In this document: positions 1 through 5,725 of the stretch, piece by piece
Numbering within the stretch: the first letter of the stretch is position 1
Layout: the number at the start of each line of letters is the position of its first letter
DNA from: Octopus sinensis
Lineage: Eukaryota
Length of the DNA: 5,725 nucleotides
Direction of reading: 5' to 3'
Assembly: GCF_006345805.1 (NCBI RefSeq)
Contig: NW_021829794.1
Coordinates: forward strand, 1-5,725
Program-made: the position numbers and the translations under genes
The notes under the pieces: generated by a model
What the model was told of the DNA's origin: nothing
Database searches by the model: none
Seen by the model: only the letters and a program-made list of their open reading frames with translations

Positions 1-179
1 ATAACTATCCTAAATTCAAATTTCCCTTTACAATCGGTCTGCATTATCGTTTTTCTCTTCAGCTCCGTTCCTTCTCTGTCACTTTCTCGCGCTTTCTGAT
101 ATACTCACGCGCGTGATATCACGATATTTGACGAAGGTTACAAATGCTCTCGTTATGGTATAAATGTTGTGACTGCCGT

Positions 180-229
180 CGTTGTTGTTGCCAGTGTTAT
201 TGTTATTGTTATTGTTGTTCTTATTGTTT
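180..229. repeat. Degenerate (GTT)n/(TGTTAT)n microsatellite
   Basis: gttgttgttg...tgttattgttattgttattgttgttcttattgttt read directly. Confidence 0.85.
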
Positions 230-356
230 GGTATGTCTGTGCGTTAACTGACATTGTCATGGAGCAGAAACGAGGAAACGTCACTCGTTAGGAAAATCTG
301 TAGATATGATCTCTGTGTGAATGACATGCAGACATACAGAGAGAGGTAAAGGTGTT

Positions 357-405
357 ACACACACACACTCACACACACAGACACACACAGACACACACAC
401 ACACA

Positions 406-443
<38 letters not shown>
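357..443. repeat. (CA)n tract with CAGA/CTCA interruptions
   Basis: Read directly. Confidence 0.95.
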
Positions 444-728
444 CGTACATATATTCACATATACATATTCATACATACAAACATAAGAAACACACATACA
501 AACATATACATACATACACACGTATATACATATACATACATATATGCATATAAATACACACAGATACATACAAACATACATATATATATATGCATACACA
601 CATATATACATATACCAAAGATACATGCATATACATACATACACAAACATACATACATACACATATACATATACATACATACATTGTATATACATATATA
701 CATATAATACATACACAGATACATACAA

Positions 729-734
<6 letters not shown>

Positions 735-778
<44 letters not shown>
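735..778. repeat. Perfect (AT)22
   Basis: 44 bp of uninterrupted AT. Confidence 0.95.
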
Positions 779-783
<5 letters not shown>

Positions 784-927
784 CAATACACCACATATAT
801 ACTATACAAACACATGCATATACATACATACTTCCACAAACATACATACACATATACATACATATACATACATATACATAGTATATACATACATATATAC
901 ATACAAACGTACATGCATACATATATG

Positions 928-975
928 CATACATACATACATACATACATACATACATACATACATACATACATA
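928..975. repeat. Perfect (CATA)12
   Basis: 48 bp of uninterrupted CATA. Confidence 0.93.
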
Positions 976-1605
976 CGTACATACACAAACATACCATGCG
1001 TATACGCACAAGCACCAAGATATATTGCTTGTCACCGACAGACATATACACTTACACACCCGCATATACTTGACACACGCATACACGTTCACACACAAAT
1101 ACATTCACAGTGACACGGCCTCTGGCTATCATGTGTCATACCTACACAGTCATACAGACAATGGCTTCTAGATATATGTGTTTACGCACACAATACACAC
1201 ACTCCGCGCTCACATATATATATAGTATATATATAGATATATAGATATAATATATATATAGATATATATATATATATAATTATAATATATATATATATTG
1301 TTCTATATATATATCCATACAAATATATACATACAAATATATACATACATATAAATAACGTATACGTAAACACCCCCGCATACACGCACGGGTATATTAA
1401 TGACACACACCACCCAAGTCACCACGTACATAGGCATACACACACACACACACACACACATACACACACACATACACACACACACATGTTCCTTTCTCTT
1501 TCCTCTCCCTTCCTCCTTTATTCTCTCTCTCTCTACATACATGCATACGGGCACCTACATTTACACATGGAAACACACACACACTTACACACGCACCTAT
1601 ATATA

Positions 1606-1770
1606 TGTGTGTTTGTGTGTGTGTGTATGTGTGTGTGTATGTGTGTATGCGTACGTTTGTGTTTGTGTCTACGTGTGTATAAATTGTAATATTTTTAATG
1701 TGCAAATAACCACATACACACTTTGTATGTATGTATGTATGTATATATGTATGTAAAGATATTTGTATGA
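1606..1770. repeat. (TG)n/(TATG)n block of opposite polarity to the surrounding CA/CATA field
   Basis: gtgtgtttgtgtgtgtgtgtatgt... and tgtatgtatgtatgtat... on the plus strand, between CA-rich flanks. Confidence 0.85.
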
Positions 1771-2160
1771 ATACATGCATAAAAACGTACACACACACAC
1801 ACATACACACACACACTAACACACACACATACACACACACACACACATTCATAATATAGACATAACCCAACATACATAAGAAATATACAAAAACACAGAG
1901 CTATATATATATACGGCAGGGCACACACGTATACATATGTACAGACAAAAGTACTCACGCAAATACACCACATACATATATTCATATATACGCACATTCA
2001 CACAAACATACATATACACACATTGATAAACTCTCTCTCTCTCAGTAACACACACTCTCACTCGTATTTACAGAGACACACGTACATACACTCACACACA
2101 CACACACACACACCACACACATATATATATTTATCATATACATATATATATGTATGTATA

Positions 2161-2204
<44 letters not shown>

Positions 2205-2720
2205 ATATATTTTGTATGTTATATATATAATATATATATATTATATTACAACACTCGCATTGGTCCATACAGACTCACATACAATCACATATAACCACAC
2301 ACACGCGTGTACACACTGACACAAACAAACGCACACGCACGCACGCATGCGTACATCGTACAAGTACATCCACCATTTCTATCTCCACTTTCACTGGCCA
2401 TCAATATCGTTTCGAGGAGAATAGAAGATTTAATAATTAATGTCTGCTTTGACAGGATTATGAATTATGAATTAGCTAACAAAATTACTCTGGCTTTAAT
2501 ATTTCACCGAGCTTACTGCTAACAGAAGCTTGGATAAATGTTAGCGAAAAAGAATATCTGCAATTTGCCCAGTCTGTTGGGGGCTGTTTTTGATGCATTA
2601 ATAGAACACACGGGGAATTACCAAGCAACAAGCAGCGTGTATTGAAAGGCAAGGAGAAACCAGCCATCACTTTACTTATTACGACTGTATGCATTACCTT
2701 CGAGATAATAAAATTTATAA

Positions 2721-3027
2721 GACTACGTGACTATGTCGCTTGGTTCTCATGACACTCTGTACTTTCGAGCCCATGGGACTACTTATCATCTTTGAGTCTA
2801 CGTGACTACGATGCTACAAAACTGCGATTCTACGAAACTGTTTGCTTACGAAACCAAGGACCTGCAAGGTTATAAGTCTATCAAACTACAAAATTGCGAG
2901 CTTATGATTCAATAAAGGCACGAGTCTCCAGGACTCCAAGCCTGCAAGAATACGTGTCACTGAGTCAACGAGTCTGCGAGACTACTAAACGATCTGGCTA
3001 TGAGATCATGAGACGATGTGCCTGCGA
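2721..3027. repeat. Degenerate 8-bp-period minisatellite, consensus ~G(A/T)CT(A/G)CGA
   Basis: Parsing in 8-mers from 2796 gives gtctacgt gactacga tgctacaa aactgcga ttctacga ... gtcaacga gtctgcga gactacta ... ggctatga gatcatga gacgatgt gcctgcga with no register shift to 3027. The 2721-2792 part is offset by 3 bp. Confidence 0.8.
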
Positions 3028-3366
3028 TATTATTGTCCTACAGACCTGCTAAAAATAGCAATCGAATCATGCTTATCCTATTCGCCACCATATCATACAT
3101 AGGTCAGACGAGGAAGCCTATAGAAAACTACAAAACTATGAGCTTATGATTCTATAAAGGCACAAGTATCCAGGACTACAAGCCTGCGAGAATACGTGTC
3201 TGTGAGTCAACGAGTCTGCGAGACTACGACACGATCTGGCTACGAGATCATGAAACGATGTGCCTGCGATATTAACGTCCTATAGACCTGCTAAAAATAG
3301 CAATCGAATCATGCTTGTACTATTCGCCACCATATCATACATAGGTCAGACGAGGAAGCCTATAGA
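2883..3366. repeat. Tandem duplication, 2 x 242 bp (2883-3124, 3125-3366)
   Basis: Ungapped manual alignment, about 19 mismatches in 242 (~92% identity). Confidence 0.95.
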
Positions 3367-3367
3367 T

Positions 3368-3565
3368 AGTCGCTCGATCTGCTATAAATAGCAGCTAAAT
3401 TTTCTTCAAATGAAACCCATCTACCACCTTAAACAGGGACATAGTGGTGAATGTAATCCTAGATACACAAATAATACAGGATGGTAATAGTTGAAACGCC
3501 TTTGATAGTAGGTCTGCCCGACAAGAATAACTTTTGTGACTAAACAACAACAACAACAGCAACAA
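3368..3565 (+). mobile_element. Decayed 3' part of an interspersed repeat (family X, probably a SINE) with (AAC)n tail, copy 1
   Basis: Shares CTGCTAnAAATAGCA, CCTAGATA, CAGGATGGT, CTTTGAT, TAG(G/A)TCTGC(C/T)CGA and TAAA(C/T)AAC with the copies at 3908-4075 and 4130-4325. Resembles an octopus repeat as I recall it (unverified). Confidence 0.65.
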
Positions 3566-3605
3566 CCTAGGTACATTGTGACATCTCCGAACGTTTCACC
3601 TCGTA

Positions 3606-3662
3606 AAAAAAAGAGATGGCCATAGATGGAAGGAATGCTTTTTAGATCTGAGCTAGGGCCAA
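3606..3662 (+). mobile_element. Short, highly decayed family X 3' end, copy 2
   Basis: A-run, GATGGCCA, GGAATGCTTT, TAGATCTG, GGGCCAA, colinear with copy 3 and running into the ACC tract. Confidence 0.4.
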
Positions 3663-3861
3663 CCACCACCACCACCACCACCACCACCCTCACCACCCTC
3701 ACCACCCTCACCACCACCACCACCCTCACCACCACCACCACCACCACCACCACCCTCACCACCACCACCACCACCCTCACCACCACCCTCACCACCACAC
3801 CACCACCACCACCACCACCCACCACCACCAACAACAACAACAACAACAACAACAATAGCAA
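3662..3861. repeat. (ACC)n with recurrent CTC variants, switching to (AAC)n at ~3830
   Basis: Read directly; seven CTC interruptions (T at 3690, 3699, 3708, 3726, 3756, 3777, 3789). Confidence 0.95.
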
Positions 3862-3907
3862 CTAATCTTACGTGAGTGAACGAAGGGACGTCTAAGTGTT
3901 CGTTCAA

Positions 3908-4075
3908 TTTGTTAGAAATAGCACCCTATTCTTCTCATGTCGTATGTTATAAGTTTTAAAAAGTAAGTGCGAAGTAATTCTGCAAAAAAAATGAAGACAG
4001 GATGGTCACGGCTTTAGAATGACTTTGATCATAGATCTGCTCGATCTGGGCTAACATGGGGTTAAATAACAGCAG
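3908..4075 (+). mobile_element. Family X 3' part, copy 3
   Basis: TGTTAGAAATAGCA ... CAGGATGGTCACGGC...GAATGACTTTGATCATAGATCTGCTCGATCTGGGCTAACATGGGGTTAAATAACAGCAGC, colinear with copy 1. Confidence 0.65.
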
Positions 4076-4129
4076 CGACCAGAACTAACACGAGCCAAAC
4101 GAAACTTGTAAGTGGTTCATTCTCTTTGT

Positions 4130-4325
4130 AGAAAAAAAACCACCCAGTTAAACGTCTTCATATCTCAAAGGAAGGAAGATAACTTAGAAAATGAGGCCCT
4201 AGATATGTTATGCTTAAAAGAAATACGAAAGAAAGGTGAGATGGTTGTGAATTTGGAATGTTGAAGTTCATCGGATTTACTTGATCAGGGCTGACGAAAA
4301 GAATAACGCAACAGCAGCAATAATG
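4130..4325 (+). mobile_element. Family X 3' part, copy 4 (decayed)
   Basis: AATGAGGCCCTAGATA (cf. AATGTAATCCTAGATA in copy 1), GATGGT, GGAATG and TTGATCAGGGCTGAC, followed by a CAA/CAG tail. Confidence 0.55.
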
Positions 4326-4342
4326 ATTACAACAAGAATAAT
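4326..4342. repeat. Target-site duplication, left copy (ATTACAACAAGAATAAT)
   Basis: 15/17 identical to 4923-4939; abuts or overlaps the ATT tail of the SINE. Confidence 0.75.
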
Positions 4343-4834
4343 CCTTTCTATTATAGGCACAAGACCTGAAATTTTGGTGAGGGGACCAGTCGATTACATT
4401 GACTCCAGTGCGTAACTGGTACTTAATATATCGTCTCCGAAAGGATGAAAGGCAAAGTCGACCCCGGCAGCATTTGAACTCAGAACACGAAGACAGACGA
4501 AATACCTATTTCTTTACTGCCAACAAGGGGCTAAACACAGGGGGGACGAACAAGGACAGGCAAACGGATTAAGTCGATTATATCGACCCCAGTGCGTAAC
4601 TAGTACTTATTTAATCGAACCCGAAAGGATGAAAGGCAAAGTCGACCCCGGCGGCATTTGAACTCAGAACATGAAGACAGACGAAATACCTATTTCTTTA
4701 CTACCCACAAGGGGCTAAACTCAGAGGGGACGAACAAGGACAGACAAACGGATTAAGTCGATTATATCGACCCCAGTGCGTAACTGGTACTTATTTAATC
4801 GACCCGAAAGGATGAAGGCAAAGTCGACCTCGGC

Positions 4835-4845
4835 GGAATTTGAAC
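4835..4845 (-). promoter_or_regulatory. Pol III B-box-like element (GTTCAAATTCC); further copies GTTCAAATGC at 4654-4663 and 4470-4479
   Basis: Fits GTTCRANNC, ~53 nt downstream of the A box. Confidence 0.65.
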
Positions 4846-4898
4846 TCAGAACGTAGCGGCAGACGAAACACCGCTAAGCATTTTGCCCGGCGTGCTAA

Positions 4899-4909
4899 CG
4901 ACTCTGCCA
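4899..4909 (-). promoter_or_regulatory. Pol III A-box-like element (TGGCAGAGTCG)
   Basis: Resembles TRGCNNARYGG and starts ~11 nt from the SINE 5' end. Confidence 0.6.
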
Positions 4910-4922
4910 GCTCGCCGCCTAA

Positions 4923-4939
4923 ATTATAACAGGAATAAT
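4923..4939. repeat. Target-site duplication, right copy (ATTATAACAGGAATAAT)
   Basis: 15/17 identical to 4326-4342 (two transitions); abuts the SINE 5' end. Confidence 0.75.
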
Positions 4940-5339
4940 AACAAATGCATTGCCTGCTGCAACGATAGATAAATATAGAAAGTTTGAAAGTAAAACGAGG
5001 TGGAGTCCAACAGTTAGAACTACCTCGTACGTTTAGTTTTGTATAAAAGTATTATTCAAGTAGTGATGCATTCGCAAATTTCTTGGTTAAGAACGACGAC
5101 GGCTATACTTCACCGATGAGTATGGAGTTAATAAAATGCAAATTGAAAAGTAGCCTTAGTAATTAATTTGCATCATTGGTAAATGCCGTTTTCCTTTCTC
5201 TGCCATCCTATTTTTATTTCTAATTAGATTTTTCAGCGATCCGTATATTAACTATGTAAAGCAGCGATGGGTATACTTCACTGAAGAGGTTTGATAGGGA
5301 GTTGTAAACAGTGGATGTCGAGAAAATATAAAAATGAAA

Positions 5340-5452
5340 GCTTTGCCTTTCATCCTTTCGGGGTCGATTAAATAAGTACCAGTTACACACTGGGGGTCGA
5401 TGTAATGGACTTAATCCTCTCCCCCAAGCTGCCCTTGCGTAAAAACATTGAA
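5340..5452 (+). mobile_element. 5'-truncated copy of the same SINE (core + tail)
   Basis: CTTTGCCTTTCATCCTTTCGGGGTCGATTAAATAAGTACCAGTTACACACTGGGGGTCGATGTAATGGACTTAATCC is near-identical to the reverse complement of the units in 4390-4830. Confidence 0.9.
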
Positions 5453-5528
5453 ATCATCATCTATCATCATCATCATCATCCTCATCATCATCATCATCAT
5501 CATCATCAACATCATCATCACCATTATC
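5453..5528. repeat. (ATC)n tract, probably the expanded SINE tail
   Basis: Read directly; follows the SINE tail immediately. Confidence 0.9.
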
Positions 5529-5529
5529 A

Positions 5530-5603
5530 GCGAGCTGGCAGAATCGTTAGCACGCCGGAAAAAATGCTTAGCGGCATTTCGTCCGTCCTTACGTTCTGAG
5601 TTC
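5530..5603 (+). mobile_element. SINE 5' head only (A box 5536-5546, truncated within the B box)
   Basis: About 65/74 identical to the reverse complement of 4844-4917. Confidence 0.9.
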
Positions 5604-5725
5604 GAGCCTGACAGCAGCTCCAATATTCTTAATATGTTTTTCAAAGCCCTTGAACTGAAACTGCTCCTCCTCATGCTCCCAATTACCACCGGTATCACCA
5701 TTACTTTCCTCTTGCCCCATAACTT
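5600..5725 (-). mobile_element. Degenerate fragment of the C-terminal RLE region of an R4/Dong/Rex6-like non-LTR retrotransposon ORF
   Basis: Minus strand reads KLWGKRKVMVIPVVIG (from 5725), then GA*GGAVS in a second frame, then KGFEKHIKNIGAAVRLE (5651-5601) in a third. This fits the recalled R4-clade motif LW...V.VIPVVIGALGAVS..FEK.. with frameshifts. Clade assignment is from memory. Confidence 0.7.

Larger units (their letters stand above)
357..2360. repeat. Compound low-complexity microsatellite field (CA, TA, CATA, CT, TG)
   Basis: Nearly continuous alternating purine/pyrimidine repeats with short semi-unique islets (e.g. ~1010-1200). Explains the H/T/Y/I- and V/C/M/Y-rich ORFs. Confidence 0.97.
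4343..4922 (-). mobile_element. tRNA-type SINE with internal tandem multimerisation (head + ~3 x 184-bp units + 3' tail)
   Basis: Minus strand starts AGGCGGCGAGCTGGCAGAGTCGTTAGC with an A-box-like and a B-box-like motif. The core GTCGACTTTGCCTTTCATCCTTTCGGG...AAGTACCAGTTACGCACTGG recurs at 184/183-bp period (GAAAGGATG at plus 4439, 4623, 4806). It ends ...CTTGTGCCTATAATAGAAAGG-ATTATT. Matches my recollection of an abundant Octopus SINE; I assert no family name. Confidence 0.88.

Noticed and set aside
45-165. Possible acceptor TTTTCTCTTCAG and short exon
   Set aside because: Only one frame stays open, the donors are weak and the peptide is unrecognisable; it cannot be supported without transcripts.
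321-2319. Many overlapping ORFs up to 207 aa rich in H/T/Y/I or V/C/M/Y
   Set aside because: Translations of CA/TA/CATA repeats, which are stop-poor in several frames on both strands; no domain-like sequence.
2440-2525. Possible splice acceptor CTGCTTTGACAG|G and exon
   Set aside because: All three frames stop within ~65 nt with no GT donor before the stops.
2485-2694. 69-aa minus ORF and 71-aa plus ORF (2307-2522)
   Set aside because: Short, with no recognisable motif; consistent with chance.
3421-3907. Poly-Thr/Pro/Asn, poly-Val and poly-Gly ORFs
   Set aside because: Direct translations of (ACC)n/(AAC)n.
4390-4850. Regularly spaced palindromic repeats resembling CRISPR
   Set aside because: The whole 184-bp unit repeats with no unique spacers; the context is eukaryotic and there are no cas genes.
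4835-4920. Possible tRNA gene
   Set aside because: A/B-box-like motifs are present, but I could not build a cloverleaf, and the sequence continues into a repeated core with tail and TSD, i.e. a SINE head.
5100-5330. Hammerhead-like words CCGATGAG...GAAA and CTGAAGAG...GAAA
   Set aside because: No stem I can be formed, stem II lacks closing pairs, and the first core has a U4-to-C change; the topology does not fit types I-III.
5405-5701. Poly-His ORF (+) and poly-Met ORF (-)
   Set aside because: Built from (ATC)n and SINE sequence. Only the first residues of the minus ORF (VIPVVIG) are informative, and they belong to the LINE relic.

Overview
Eukaryotic, non-coding, repeat-saturated DNA, most likely from an octopod/coleoid cephalopod (inferred from recalled SINE sequences and the microsatellite load, not verified). 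I can support no intact gene; the supplied ORFs are mostly translations of microsatellites. In order: ~2 kb compound CA/TA/CATA microsatellite field (357-2360); a short unique island rich in homeodomain-type motifs; a cryptic 8-bp-period minisatellite partly duplicated as a 242-bp tandem unit (2721-3366); four same-strand decayed 3' fragments of one interspersed repeat, each ending in an AAC/ACC/AGC tail (3368-4325); a minus-strand tRNA-type SINE internally multimerised into ~3 x 184-bp units and flanked as a whole by a 17-bp target-site duplication (4326-4939); a unique spacer with paired POU octamers; 3' and 5' halves of the same SINE in permuted order around an (ATC)n tract (5340-5603); and a frameshifted fragment of an R4/Dong-like non-LTR retrotransposon ORF (5600-5725, minus). 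The best candidate for an undescribed system is the multimeric, TSD-flanked SINE lacking Pol III terminators, together with its permuted relative.
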